NCBI RefSeq assembly: GCF_006345805.1 | Contig: NC_043002.1 | Span: 11,470,001 to 11,534,000 of the forward strand | Length of the DNA: 64,000 nucleotides | Direction of reading: 5' to 3' | Origin: Octopus sinensis | Taxonomy: Eukaryota | In this document: in pieces, positions 36,979 through 51,611 of the stretch | How positions within the stretch are numbered: the stretch's first letter is position 1 | Layout: every line of letters starts with the position of its first letter | The notes under the pieces: model-generated | Seen by the model: only the letters and a program-made list of their open reading frames with translations | Told to the model about the DNA's origin: nothing | Databases searched by the model: none | Position numbers and translations under genes: made by a program

Positions 36979-37416
36979 ATTAGCGTATATATCCATGCAT
37001 ATACCTATGTATTTATGTATGTATGTTTATATACATTTATGTGTACAAATATTTGCATACATCTATGCGTTTATATATTTTCTTTTGTTTGTCCTTCCTT
37101 CTTACCAGCATGTATAAGTGTAAACATTAACGCATCATGGTTAAGCAAATGACTCAACAAGACAGAATACATCATCAAAAGCGATAACCCACCTCCACTC
37201 CAAAACCAAAACCCCACAAAAAAAAATAATAATAAATAAATAAAAAACTAAAAAAAAAAATAAAATAAAAAACCGAGGAGGGTCTTAGAAAATATTCCTT
37301 ATCAGCAGAGTAACTTATGAAGTTGCAATGACTCAGAGCAGAGATAGCCATAAACTATCTCTACTTAAGAAGTTCAAATGATTTTTCAGTTATATTATTA
37401 TCATCATCATTATTAC

Positions 37417-37451
<35 letters not shown>

Positions 37452-37606
37452 GTTTTTCAAATGACGTTGTTTGTCGTTTGTCGTTGCTCCTTGTTCTTGT
37501 TGTTACTGTTAATGTCTTTAATGCCGTACTCTCTCTCTTCCAGCATCTCTCTCCTCTTCTTTTCTTCTCGTCGCTCTTCTCATCTTTTCAAAACTAAATT
37601 CAACAG

Positions 37607-37662
<56 letters not shown>

Positions 37663-37784
37663 TTTTCTTTTTTTAAATTTTATTCATACCTTAGATATTT
37701 CTGAGAACTCTAATTTTTTAACTCAACTTCGGCGTAAAATAAAACAAGTAAATATCAACATTTTTTCCTGCTATTATTATTATT

Positions 37785-37852
<68 letters not shown>

Positions 37853-38483
37853 TTAGATTTAGGCAAAACAACATTAAACTACAAGAGATAAAGATTGTTT
37901 CAGTTTGTTTGTTTTTTTTTTGCATAGTTTCTTGTACTTTTTGTCCTTTACTTTAAAAAAATTTTTTTTTATTTTTTCAAGTGTAGAGAAAGATAAAGAG
38001 TCTATACTTTTACGGTGATAAGCATTCGATGGTTTTTAATTTTCATTTAATGGATTTTAGAAAATGAAAACTATATTATCATATCCATGATTAAAATATT
38101 GTATACTTTTCGAAACAATATATTGATATGGTGCTTTTCATATTCGGTAAGAAACAATAGCAGCCTCTTTCTATTGAAATACAAAATTAATACTCCTGCT
38201 AAACAAACAAACAAAAAAAAAGAAAAAAAAACGTAATAATTATATATATGTATATATATGTATCCATGTATGTATGTATATAATATATGTATTTATTTAA
38301 TCACTTGAGTTCCTTAACAAGGTTTTCCAATGACATAAAGAAAAACAGAAAGAAAATGAATGCTTTGATAACGATAAAAATCAACAGAAAGGCAAGCTTT
38401 AAGATATGTATGTGTGTATATGATATATATATCCATATCGGTACATATATGCAAATATATCTACATATACATACATGCATGCA

Positions 38484-38515
<32 letters not shown>

Positions 38516-38516
38516 C

Positions 38517-38566
<50 letters not shown>

Positions 38567-39806
38567 TCTGTTTGTGTGTGTATGTATATATATGTATATG
38601 TATGTTTACGTATATGTATGTATAATGGAAAAAAAATCTTGGTGAGTTTTAATAATAGTGGAATAGATTTCCTTACCGCATATATAATAGGGAATATTTT
38701 AAGAACCGACAATGGCTTAATATTTTCTAAGGGAAAAATATAAGGTTGATAAATTAAATTTATGTCCCACCTCCAACCCACCCACGACCACCACAAACGC
38801 CATCACCAAGAATTGTATTTATTTTCGCTGTATTTTCTATCTTTTAAAGTTGATTTATTAATTTAACTTTACATCCTATGATATTGCTCCTTGTATTATT
38901 TTGTTATAGTTTTGTATATTTTTGCATTGTGTTTTTTTTTTGCGCATGTTATCATTTTATATAATTTTTTTATCATTAATAGCAGTTTTATTAAGGTCAT
39001 TCAATATAATATTTACTTAATCAGGAAAAGTTTCTTAGAGATAGAAAGAATTACAAAAGACAACACACACATACACAATAAAAAAAATATAAAATAAATG
39101 TAAAATTGAAACTATTATATTAAGAAGAAGACAAAAAAGTTGATAGCATTAAAAGCATATTTCTTTCATTTTTAAATATTTTTTTCTTTTGTTTTCCAAG
39201 ATACATAAAAATTTTAAAGAAATACTAGGAACAATGAATTTAAATCAAAATTTTAAAACTTGAAATTCCCTAACGAAAAGAAGAGTAGAATAGGAAGAAA
39301 AATAGATACGCCTGAAATGCCATGTTTTAGGTGTTTTTGTGGGAATTTTTGGTGCTTTTAACTTTTTTACTTTTGGATATATTTTTTTGTTTGTTTTTTT
39401 CTCTTTTAAAATGTTATAAATCTCTTGATTTTGATTTGAAAGCTTAATTGAAGCGCTGAACCCTGGAGCATTATGTATGTGTGTGTGTGTATGTGTATAC
39501 ATATATATATATATATATACATATAACATATATATATATATATATATGCTTGTGTGTGTAAAGTTATATAAATATCTATGCATTTAAACTTATACATATA
39601 TTTATGTTCGAGTATATCTATCTATCTATCTCTCTATATACAAACGCATAGACACACACAGGTATACACACACCCATATATATATACACATACACACAAG
39701 TATGCATGTGAGTGCAAGTTCCAAACGCAAAGAATTTATTCAACAGTTCTTTCTTTTTTGTGCATGTATGTATATGTGCATGCACATCCTCTCCCTCTTT
39801 CTTTTC

Positions 39807-39867
<61 letters not shown>

Positions 39868-40189
39868 AAGTGCCTTGCTTGAAGGCATTAGAAATCATGT
39901 TCTTCCATACCAAAGTCTGAATATACATAATTCCTTCAGAGGAGAAGCTACAGTAATGCTTCCTTAGTTCCTACTACCAAATTCTTCAAAGTTTACTCTG
40001 CTAGTCACTGGTCTTCTGGACTTACTTGTGGCACTAAGCCAATTTAACTCTTGTGATATCAAGACATGTCTATAAAACCAGTAGGCCTTGGGGCCCAGTA
40101 TGTCCCCTTCTGAGCCCTCTATTTGTTAGCTACAAGGCTCAGAGTTATCCTTGATATGGGTTTTGCGACTCCATAACTGGCGATCTTGA

Positions 40190-41040
40190 CAATAATTTAA
40201 CAATTAGCAATCTAACCATGTTGTTACAATATTTATCTCCAAATACATTAACACTAAATTGTTTCAATTAATTTTTAAAATAACAAAGAATTTGCTAAAA
40301 TGACTGTGTCCATGATCAAGTAGGTGTTTGGAACACAAATTAACATGGGTGTAGGAGTGGCTGTGTGGTAAGTAGCTTGATTACGAACCACGTGGTTGTG
40401 GGTTCAGTCCCACGGTGTGGCACCTTGACCAAGTGTCTTCTGCTGTAGCCTCGGGCTGACCAGACAAAGCCTTGTGAGTGGATTTGGTAGACAGAAACTG
40501 AAAGAAGCCCATTGTATATATGTATATACATATGTATATAAATGTATGTGTGTGTATGTGTTTGTATGTCTGTGTTTGTCCCCCCACCATTGCTTGACAA
40601 CCGATGCTCATGTGTTTACATCCCCATAACTTAGTGGTTCAGCAAATGAGACTGATAAAATAAGTACCAGGCTTACAAAGAATAAGTCCTGGGATCGATT
40701 TGCTCGACTAAAGGCAGTGCTCCAGCATGGCCACAGTTAAATGACTGAAACAAGTAAAAGAGTATGAAATTTTGATAGAAGATTTTCATTTCGATCACTT
40801 TAACTCTTTTGTTCCCATATTGCTGCTGAAATATGCCATCCCTGTTTCAATAAATTTTGAAAATAATGAAGAATTTACAAAAATAACTTTGTCATTATTA
40901 AGCTGTTGTATAGAACAGAAATTAATATGAAATTTGGAAGCAAGATTTCAATTTAGACCAATTTAACCCATTTGTTACAGTATTTTGGTTGAAATTCTAT
41001 TTTGGCTGATTCTATTTCAATTCATTTCAAAACCACTGTG
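40190..41040. mobile_element. MITE family 2 remnant interrupted by SINE A (+, about 40348-40762)
   Basis: ...acaaattaacatg | SINE A | atgaaattttgatag..., restoring the family-2 motif aaattaacatgaaattttg. Confidence 0.75.
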
Positions 41041-41044
41041 AAAC

Positions 41045-41385
41045 AACTGGTGTTTAACGTCCGCTCTCCATGCTAGCATGGGTTGGATGATTTGACTGAG
41101 GAGTGGTGAACCAGATGGCTACGCCAGGCTCCAGTCATGCTCAAATGGTGTTTTTTACGTGCCACCTGCACAGGAGCCAGTCCAGCAGCACTGGCAATGA
41201 CTTCGCTCAAATGTTTTTTCACGTGCCAATAAGGCAACGCTGGTAATGACCACGCTCAAATGGTGCTTTTTACATGCCACCGGCAGGGAAGCCAGTTAGC
41301 CGCTCTGGCAACGATCATGCTCGGATGGTACTCTTGGATGGTGCTCTTGGTGCTCCACTAGCATGGATGCCTGTCATGAAATTTT
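41045..41385 (-). mobile_element. Family E retroposon with ~60-nt VNTR units
   Basis: Repeated gctcaaatggtg(c/t)ttttta(c/t)gtgccac units at 41140-41345. Confidence 0.75.
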
Positions 41386-42564
41386 GAAAGATGACTTGAA
41401 TTTCAATCATTATTTTAAAGCAGGAAGCTGGTATCTTAGAGCCGAGCATGGTCTCAGACGAGTAGTTATCAAACGGATTAAAAGCACCATTCTTGGAGTG
41501 AACCAAGTAGCAGTGTTCTTTAAACTGTATATAACATTTTGAAAGGTGTATACATCCATGACTAAATCACCTGAGAATGATTAGTGATCCAGGTAACAAA
41601 ACTGTTGGTGCATAAGTAGATATTAAAATATTGTTAATCTGGGAGTGTATTGTTATTAATTTCAAATATTGTAATCCCATTAGCAAGAACTCTTTCCAGT
41701 CATTTATACATGAATTTAATTAATTAATTATTCCTGTTAAATTCTTAATTTGATTTAAATTTAAATTTAATCCTTTCTAAGAAAACTTTAGAGCAAAAAA
41801 ACAAAACAAAATAGTTTTTGCAGACTTTATAAAAAATAATCTAACTTGTAATGAATGAAATAGGAATTAATTAAAGCTAATTAGAGCTTCAGTTTAATAT
41901 ATTTAAATCACAGCAGGGTTACCTTAAAGTAATAATTCTTAGAATACCTGCACAACAAATGTAAGAGATGTCAAGGTGGAAGAGATGTGGAAGCTGGAAT
42001 GGTCAGGAGTGCCTTTAAAAGTAATTAGTGACATAAGATCATTCCATCCAGGTATTGAAGTCAGGTAGGGAATATGATGGGGGTGGGGGTGTGAGAAAAT
42101 TTATATTGTTATTCATGTTGATGATGATGATGCTGATGATCATGATGATGGAGTGGCAGTTGTGAAGGTGGCATTATAGATGATGATGATGATGATGATA
42201 GTGATGTTAACAATGATGATGATGATGATGATGTTGATGATGGGGTGATAACAATGATGATGATGATGATGATGATGATGTTGACGATAGTGATGACAAC
42301 AAAGATGATAATGTTGATGATGCTGACAACAATATTACTGGTGGTAGCAGTGCCTTCCATATTTGAACAAAGAGACAGAAGTGGATAGGAATGGCGGAGA
42401 AGAGCGAAACTGTGGTTTTTGTGGTTTGATCAGAGGAAGAGTAGTTTGGAAGGAAGACTTAACAAAATAACAAAAAAAAAAAAACCCCAAAAAAACAAAG
42501 AAACAAAATGAACGTTCAGAAACATTGTCTGTTTGCTTATAGCGAAAAAATATAGAAATATGCT

Positions 42565-42830
42565 CTCATCATCATCATCATCATCATCATCACCATCATC
42601 ATCATTGGCTTTCCATGCTGGCAAAGGTTGTTCAGTTTGATTGAGAACTGGTAAACCAGGGCCCCACCAGGCTCCAGTCTGATCTGGCAAAGTTTCTACA
42701 GCTGGATGCCCTTCCTAATGCCAACCTCTCCGAGAGCAGGTGCTTTCTACCTGTCACTTGTACAGGGACCAGTCAAGTAGCACTTGCATTGACTATGCTC
42801 AAATGGTGGTTTTTATGTGCCCCTGCCCCA
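42565..42830 (-). mobile_element. Family E retroposon (decayed)
   Basis: gtttctacagctggatgcccttcctaatgccaac core. Confidence 0.75.
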
Positions 42831-42899
42831 ACTAACCATCACAAAGACCGATTCTGAGGAAAATTCAAAGCAACTGTATTTCACAGATATAACTTAACG

Positions 42900-43106
42900 T
42901 AATGAATCCATTATTTTGTTGTTTTCACATGAATCGCCACCCCATTCTCACCCCACTTTTTACATGAATCGCTACCCACCCCATTTTCACCCCACTTTTT
43001 ACATGAATCGCTACCCACCCCATTTTCACCCCACTTTTCTTCAATGCCTCCTTGGAACTTTCCACCACGCCCCGGGGGGCAATACTGCCCACTTTGGGAA
43101 CCATTG
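42900..43106 (-). mobile_element. hAT-type terminus with internal 35-39-bp minisatellite (42927-43039)
   Basis: Reverse complement starts caatggttcccaaagtgggcagt and is collinear with 887-1000. acatgaatcg recurs at 42927, 42962 and 43001. Confidence 0.7.
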
Positions 43107-43404
43107 ATCGAGAGGTTAACATGTTGGATTAATGATTGCTTTACAGTCATCATGTTCCAAGTTTCCTGCTGAAGTCAACTTTGGACACAAAGTGGACACA
43201 AAGAGAGAGAAACATTGTGTGAATATTTGAGCCGCAGGCTGTGACAGAGAATAATAATCACAGGTATCTATAAAGATTTTTCCACAGAAATTAACCATTC
43301 AGTTGGAGGCAAAGATGCCAGCTATAAACTGTAGAGGGCAAGAAAGAGAAAGTGTAAGGTTTTGAAGTATATCATAAAAGAATGGACACCAAAATGATTG
43401 AGAA

Positions 43405-43985
43405 TGCAGAAGATGATGGTGATGATGATGATGATGATGATACTGGTGACGATGATGATGACAGAGATGGCAATGATGATAATGATGATGATGAGGAGGA
43501 GAATGATGACAATGACAACGACGATGACGTAGAGGATGAAGATGACGATGATGGTGATGAGGAGGGGGAGGATATTGTTGATGACAATGATGATGATGAT
43601 GATGACGATGACAATGATGATAATGCTGAAGATGAAGATGGCAGTGATATGAAAGACCATGATAAGGATGATGATGAGGATGATGAGGATGATGATGATG
43701 AGGAGGAGGAGGAGGGGAGAAGGAGGTGGATACTGACAATGACAGTGATGATGATGCAGTGGAGATGGAAGAGGAGGAGGAAGTTGATGACGATGATCAT
43801 GGTAATCATGGCAGTGGTGGCGATGGTAGGTAATAGGTGTTTCAGAAACTACTAAAGAAGAAGACGATGATGATGCCGATGATGCCACCACCAATGACGA
43901 CGACAATGATGATGATGATGATGATGATGATAACAATGATGATGATAGCAATGATGATGCTGACGACAACGGCAACGATGGCAAT
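43405..43985. repeat. Compound (GAT/GAC/GAG)n tract; a similar tract lies at 42110-42345
   Basis: Source of the acidic and poly-S pseudo-ORFs. Confidence 0.9.
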
Positions 43986-44628
43986 CCTTTCATTATTAAT
44001 AAATAATTAAAAACACGAAAATTGCAAAATTGCAAAATAAATTAAATATTCAATTTGATTCCGCTACAAGACTTAAGTAAATGAATTCAAAAACACTCGC
44101 GTTGTGTGTTTTAGCTTAAAAATTTAAGCAGTATTAGCAGAATCTATCGACCAGGTTTTATTTTATTTTAAGAAACTTATATATTTCAACAACTATCAGA
44201 GTACAACACACATGGACATATATTAAGAGGAAACTTTTTCTATTTACATGATTAGCATTAATATAATATATATTCAGATTAGATATAATTCAATAAAATT
44301 AATCTATTAGAAATCGTCCTTGTCCCCTTTTTTTCCATTTGCTGATTCTGTGTGTGTATGTGTGTGTGTGTAATATATGTATATGAATATTTATGTAAGT
44401 GTAATTATGTTTGTGTGTGTATATATGTACATATATATAGATATATACATATATAGAGACATATATACACATACACACACAGATATTTATGAAAATAGAT
44501 ATTTGTGTTGTGTATATTAGAGAATATATATATATATGTATGTATGTATGTATATACATATATATTACATATGCATAAATATATACATATATGTACATAT
44601 GTATATATATATATATACATATATGTAC

Positions 44629-44663
<35 letters not shown>

Positions 44664-44666
44664 TAT

Positions 44667-44818
44667 AACGGGAAGCTTTATGAAAATAAACAAAAGACGA
44701 AGGCAGGTGGAAAACAAACGAACAATTGTATTAGTATGGCGCTCAGGAAATATAAATAAAACAGTCTTAACGTTTCGAGCTACGCTCTTCACAGAAAGAT
44801 ACACAGAGAGAGAAAAAC

Positions 44819-44820
<2 letters not shown>
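44667..44820 (-). mobile_element. Solo PLE terminal fragment in (TA)n
   Basis: Near-identical to 31247-31405 apart from several 1-nt deletions in the hammerhead region (44765-44799). Confidence 0.88.
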
Positions 44821-44858
<38 letters not shown>

Positions 44859-44886
44859 TTGTATTATATATATATACATATAAACA

Positions 44887-44930
<44 letters not shown>

Positions 44931-45129
44931 TGATTATTATATACGAGAAGCGAGAAGACAGAAAGAGTGAGAGAATCATGAGCATCACAAAATAAATGAA
45001 CTCCTACTAATGTATTGAGTACTGTTTCTTCTATTTTCACATTTGCAAATAAAAACCACACACACACCACATATATATATATATTATATATATATATATA
45101 TGATAATATATATATATATGTATGTATAT

Positions 45130-45167
<38 letters not shown>

Positions 45168-45864
45168 TATATATATATATATATGTATGTATATATGTAT
45201 GTATATAGGTATGTATATGTGTGTGTATAATATATATATATATATATATATAGTAAATCCCAAAAAAGAACAAGCAAAAAAAACAACATGAGGAACTGGT
45301 ACATGTAAAGTATTAGCAGACACTCAGGGAAGGAAGAAACATGGTTTAACGTTTCAAGCACCATACATACAAACATACATGTATATATATACACACACAT
45401 ATACATATATTCATACATACCCAAATATATATATGTGTGTATATACATTTCTTTTGGTATATTATCAGGCACAATATCAATACTGATTCCCTATATCTCT
45501 TAATCTCCTTAGTCTAAATAACCATATATATGAGTCTGTGAGCACTGGGATATTATATTATATATATATATATATATTATATTATAGTTATATATATTAT
45601 ATATATATATATATATTATATATGTATGTATATATTATATAATATATATATATATATAATTGTTATATATGGTGTGTGTGTGGGTATATAATATATATAT
45701 ATATATATATACATATAACATACATATATATGTATACACTATATCTGTTATCTGCTTTTATGTATATAATTATGTGTATACATATAATGTGTATATATAT
45801 TATATATATGTATATACATATGTGTGTGGTGTGTGTGTGTATATATATATACACATATTTAAAT

Positions 45865-45910
45865 AGATAGACAGATAAATCGGTAGATAGATAGATAGAT
45901 GGATAGATAC

Positions 45911-45984
<74 letters not shown>

Positions 45985-46040
45985 GGATAGATAGATAGAT
46001 AGATAGATAGACAGACAGACGGATGGATAGATAGACAGAC
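45865..46040. repeat. (GATA/GACA)n tetranucleotide tract
   Basis: Direct inspection. Confidence 0.95.
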
Positions 46041-46634
46041 AGACAGATACACAGATACACGTTTCTTAAAGCTGAGTCTCTGATGAAAAGTAAAATTTGA
46101 AAAAAGCTAACTGGATTATATATTAAAAAGGAATAAATTGATTGCACACAGGATTAACAGAAAAGCAAAAAAAAGAAAAAAAAAAGACAGAATAAGAAGT
46201 GATGATATCCTTTCATAACAGATTATTGGAATAACAAACAAGAATGCCGAAGAAAAGCAAACACTGTGTATATGTGTTTCTGGGTGAGATCGCTTTGAAA
46301 TTTGCTCCTATGAAATAGGTGAATATGCTTGATTTGGTTGAAGCTCGTGTGGTGAAACCATTTGCTCAACTCAATATTTAGCATGTAATTTTGTAAATGC
46401 AGAAAATAAATAATGAAGAAAGTGATTGAGGTATCGGTGAGTTTTGAGTTTTGATCCAAATATTTTGGTTGGTATTGAACTGCTGTTGCATTTTCCATTT
46501 GGTGGAGGTCATAGAAGAGAAGATATTAAAATACCTCCTTCAGTCAGTGTTTACACACATGGAAGTATGTATGCACATGTGCTCATTGCCATATGATTAT
46601 ATATGTAATTTATCTATCATCTATATCTACGTAT

Positions 46635-47017
46635 TATCATCATCATCATTTAACGTCCGCTTTCCATGCTAGCATGGGTTGGACGGTTCAACTGGGGTCT
46701 GGGGAGTCCGAAAGCTGCACCAGTCCAGTCAGATCTGGCAGTGTTTCTACAGCTGGATGCCCTTCCTAACGCCAACCACTCCGAGAGTGTAGTGGGTGAT
46801 TTTATGTGCCTCCGACACAGGTGCCAGACGAGGCTGGCAAACGGCCACGCTCGGATGGGTTTTTTATGTGCCACCGACACGGTGCCAGACGAGGCTGGCA
46901 GACGGCACCATGCTCGGATGGTGTTTTTATGTGCCACCGACACAGGTGCCAGATGAGGCTGGCAAACGGCCACGATCGGATGGTGCTTGTTACGTGCCCA
47001 CAGCACGGAGGCCAGTC
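46635..47017 (-). mobile_element. Family E retroposon with a 62-63-nt VNTR
   Basis: Sense strand ends ...ccaacccatgctagcatggaaagcggacgttaaa(tga)n. Repeat marker ta(t/c)gtgcc at 46803, 46865, 46928 and 46991. Confidence 0.88.
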
Positions 47018-47714
47018 TTAGTTGAAATTATTTACTCTCACCCAGTTTGGTTTTTAAATGTGGTTTTTTTTTGTGTTTATATGTGTATGTGAATCTATTT
47101 GCGTGTGGGCATGAGTATTTGAGTTTGCATCTGTGGATATGTGTGTATGTGTATTGGTATATGTATGGCTTTGTGAATAAAAATTTGGTGCAAGCCTCTC
47201 TGAGTATATCTGGTTCCTGAAAGAAACAGGATATAAGACATTAATAAGCCAATTGACAAATCTTAGTGATACTATCTTTTCTACAAAATATGTCTTTTTC
47301 AAACTGCTGTATAAGATCCTTATAATCATTTACTTCATATCAAAGTTGTAACAACATGAATAAACATTCAGAACTTTATGTAGACAGTCAGTGGAGTTCT
47401 TACTGTAAAATTACAAGTTTAAAAAATAACTAACAGAAGCAGCTACAAGCACATGAACTAGAAAAATATATTAAAAATATATCTTTTTCACCGTTTAAAA
47501 AGCACTTACTTAGCTGCTACATATTATTTCTTTTGCTGCGGCAGTTTTTATACTTTAGTTTTACAAATCATTAGCATTTTCACATTATTGTCACATTGTT
47601 AAAGTCTCAATTAATCTATGTTAATTAATCAGCACCCAATATGATATTTAGATATTTCTAAGACTCTCTCATTATTGTTCCATATATATATATGTATGTA
47701 TGCATATGTATATC

Positions 47715-47885
47715 ATCCTCATCATCATTGTATAATGTCTGCTTTCCAAGCTGGCAAGGGTTCGATGGTTTGAGTGAGGACTGGCAAGCCAGGAGGCTGC
47801 ACCAGACTCCAGGGTGATCTGGCAAGGTTTCTACAGCTCGATGCCCTTCCTAATGCCAACCACTCCGGGCATGTAGTGGGTACTT
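47715..47885 (-). mobile_element. Family E 3' part
   Basis: Homology to 46635-46800. Confidence 0.75.
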
Positions 47886-48064
47886 ACATATACATATATA
47901 TATATGTATATTACATATATATATGTATAAAACAATTATATATATATATATATATACATATATAATATATGTATATACATATATATACATATATATATAT
48001 AGGTATATACATATATATATATATATACATATATATACCTATATATACATATACATATATATAC

Positions 48065-48116
<52 letters not shown>

Positions 48117-48152
48117 ATATATATACACACACATGCTAGTATATATACCTAC

Positions 48153-48550
48153 ATACTAGCTTAAAAGCCACCGTATTGAGCAGTTTTTAAGCTAGTATAC
48201 AGCTTTTAAACAATGACCCAGAATGGGAAGATCTGCAAACAGATCTCTGACTTCTTTTGGAGAATTTGTTGCAATTGCTTCCTCCAGAGCCATATCCCAC
48301 TGATGACCGTATTCGTCGCTAAGAATCATGTACAAAAACATCGCCGAAAACAATCTCAGTATTGAAATCATAGGAATCAAACATTTTAGGATTGCAGTTC
48401 CGAAATTCGGCCTGGAAGGTTTTTAATTTACTCATGGAGTCAACCTGATCCGAAAAGGTTATGATATGAAGGGCTACAGCCTGTAGGAGTAAAGGTGAAA
48501 AAGTGTGACACACTGACACACAGAAATTGGTTTTCGCATTCATTATATTA
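48153..48550 (-). mobile_element. Probable Helitron remnant
   Basis: Minus strand encodes QWDMALEEAIATNSPKEVRDLFA, similar to the RepHel motif W..xLxEA....SP..lRxLFA. Ends in a 14-bp-stem hairpin (48153-48166/48185-48198) containing CTAG. Confidence 0.55.
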
Positions 48551-49297
48551 AATATATACGTATGTTGCTCATGTATTTTTTTTTATTTCATAAAGTGGTT
48601 ATTTTTTTCATTCTTAGAAAAAAGGTAGAATGAAATAATGGGAAAAAATAGCATATATATTGCATGTGTGTGTATATGTATATATATGTGTGTGTGTGAA
48701 TATATACATGCATATATATATATATGTGTGTGTGTATGTATATATATTATGTGTGTGTGTGTGTATTATATATATATATATATATGTGTGTGTGTTTTTG
48801 TGTGCGTGAGAGTAAAAATATGTAAAAAAAAAAAAAACCTCAAATATTGCATAGATTATACAATGAACTTGTCCTGTTTTTACTTTTTGTTTTTTGAAAT
48901 ATTAACAACAAATAACAATAATAATAACATGAACACTATTTTGTGCAAAAACAAAAACAACAAATGATCCACAGAGATATATGAATGAAAAAAAAATGCA
49001 AGTTTTGACTGTAAGTGGAAGAAATAGAAATGTCACGTTAAAACAAAGTTGTCTCCCTTTTCCAGCTGATAAAAAAACTATTAAATGCTTGTATCAGGAT
49101 ATATAATCAGGGAAAAAAGCATAAAACAGATAAATAAATTAATAAATAGATAAATCTATAAATATATAAAAAAATAAATCCCCAAGAAATTCTATATGGA
49201 TGAATCAAAATGAATCAAGAGGGCATTTGTGTGTGTGTATGCATGTATATATATATGTGCGTGTGTGTGTGTGTGTGTCTGTGTGTGTGTGTGTATG

Positions 49298-49328
<31 letters not shown>

Positions 49329-49332
49329 ATGC

Positions 49333-49374
<42 letters not shown>

Positions 49375-51154
49375 ATTTGTGTATGTATATGTGTATATGT
49401 ATATGGATGTATGTATATGTGTGTGTATATATATATATATATATATACATATGCATACATATACATATATATACACACACACATGTAAATATGTATATAT
49501 ACACATGTGTGTATGTGTACATATATATGTGGGTGTGTGTGTGTATATATATATATGCATATATATGTATATGTATGTGTGTGTGCATATATATATATGT
49601 ATATATATGTATGTGTGTAAGTGTGTATATATATATATGTATATATGTATGTATAAATGTATGAATGTATGTTTGTAGGTATGTATCTGCGTCCGTATGT
49701 ACTTATCTATGTATGTATGTATGTAAAAATGTATGTGCGTACATATGTACATATGTATGTGTGTATGTACGAAGACAAAGTGGCATGAAAATTGCTTGTG
49801 ATGACAGTGAAAGGTCGGGTGATGGCGGCGGTTGGGGGAGGTTGGCTTGTGAGAGTGAGTGGTTTGAGTTGCTGGTGGTGGGCGAGGCAGGATGGGCTGT
49901 AATGTGTCGGGGTGTGGGTGTGTGCTAGGGTATAAAAATGCTGCAGTGCCAGATAAGCAAATTAGTAAAGCAAAGATAAACCCAAGAAAAGTGGTCTAAT
50001 GTTTGCTAGATAGGCACCAGCAGTAACAGGGAAAGAGAAAAAGGGTTTGAGGGGAGGGGCGGAAATGAAAACGCAGACATAAACACATACATATGCACAC
50101 ACACACACAGATATATAAGTGCTATCGAAGTTGTATGTGTTAAGTGTGTGTTCAAAGACACACGCATATGAATATATATATATATATATACACATATATA
50201 TATGTGTGTGAATGTGTATATACACATATATATGTGTTGAATGTGTATATACACATATATATATGTGTGAATGTGTATGTGTGTGTATGTTTGTGTATGC
50301 ATTTGTTTATATATATATGTACACACACCGTGTGTATATATATATATACACACACTATATACACATATACATGCATGCATATAGTCACACACACAAGAAG
50401 TAGGAAAAAAGAATATACACAAGTCTTGTATAAAAATGCAAACACAAACATATACACACATATACACACATACACAAGCATTCATACATACACATATATA
50501 CACTCACTTACTGGGCAAAAAGTGAAGAAGGGACCACTTGTAGTGTTGTAGAATGTTAAGGAGCTAATAGTCGTTTGTACTTAGGAGTTTATTAAATGAA
50601 ATGTAGAAATAATTTGACAACCATTAAATGCTAGATTCAGAGATGTGTTTTCCGGTTTTATCTCTGGATAAACATATACATAAATATATAACTATGAGTA
50701 TCTATGAACAGACACACACACACACATACACTTATATAGAAATGAATGACAAAGAAACAAGTATTATATAATCAACTTCAGTAGTTTACAGGTGTTTCTG
50801 CTATAGAAAAAAGTATTTGTGCAACATTCTGTAGCTTCCTCAGAGCCATTAAATTGATGTTTATTTCATAAAGCAATAAGCTACGCAATATTTAAATGTT
50901 TTATATACACACACACACACACACACACACAACATAAACACACACACACACAACATAAACACACATATACACAGATATATAATATATAAGTGAGCAAAAT
51001 GAGCGCAAGCAGTGAGGAAGTTCATCAAATATATATCACCACCATTATTATGATACTCTTCCTATTTATGTATGTATATATGTGTATATATGCTCTGCTT
51101 AACTGAACAAACATCCAATAAACAGTGGGAAAACTAATGAACTCAAACACACCA

Positions 51155-51389
51155 TTCTTTTATTCCTTTACGTGTTTCAGTTACTTAACTGCAACCATGC
51201 TGGAGCACCATCTTTAATCAAAGAAACTGACCCCAGGATTTCTTCTGTGTAAACGTAGTACTTATGCTATCGATCTCTTTTGCTGGACCGCTAGGTTATG
51301 AAGATGTAAATACAACAACATCGGTTGTCAACCGACAGTGGAGGGACAAACACAGACACACAAATACATACATACATACATACATACAA

Positions 51390-51436
<47 letters not shown>

Positions 51437-51600
51437 CAATGGGCTTCGTTCAGTTTCCATCTCTGAAATCAACTCACAAGGCTTTTGTTGGCCCGAGGCT
51501 ATAGTAGAAGACACTTGCCCAAGGTGCCACGCAGTGGGACTGAACCCATAACTATGGTGGGGAAGCAAGCTTCTAACCACACAGCCATTCTTGCACCTGT
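51155..51600 (-). mobile_element. SINE family A
   Basis: Collinear with 2561-2967. Confidence 0.85.
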
Positions 51601-51611
51601 ATATATGTATA

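Noticed and set aside
41948-42012. Minus-strand AG/GT-bounded 65-nt segment (TPDHSSFHISSTLTSLTFVVQ)
   Set aside because: Plausible splice signals but no homology and no phase-compatible neighbour.
44765-44799. Distinct hammerhead variant with shortened core and loop
   Set aside because: Several single-base deletions relative to an otherwise near-identical copy look like consensus sequencing error or decay.
49931-49937. TATAAAA with nearby GC-box-like words as a promoter
   Set aside because: Such words are expected by chance in AT-rich DNA, and no downstream exon was identified.
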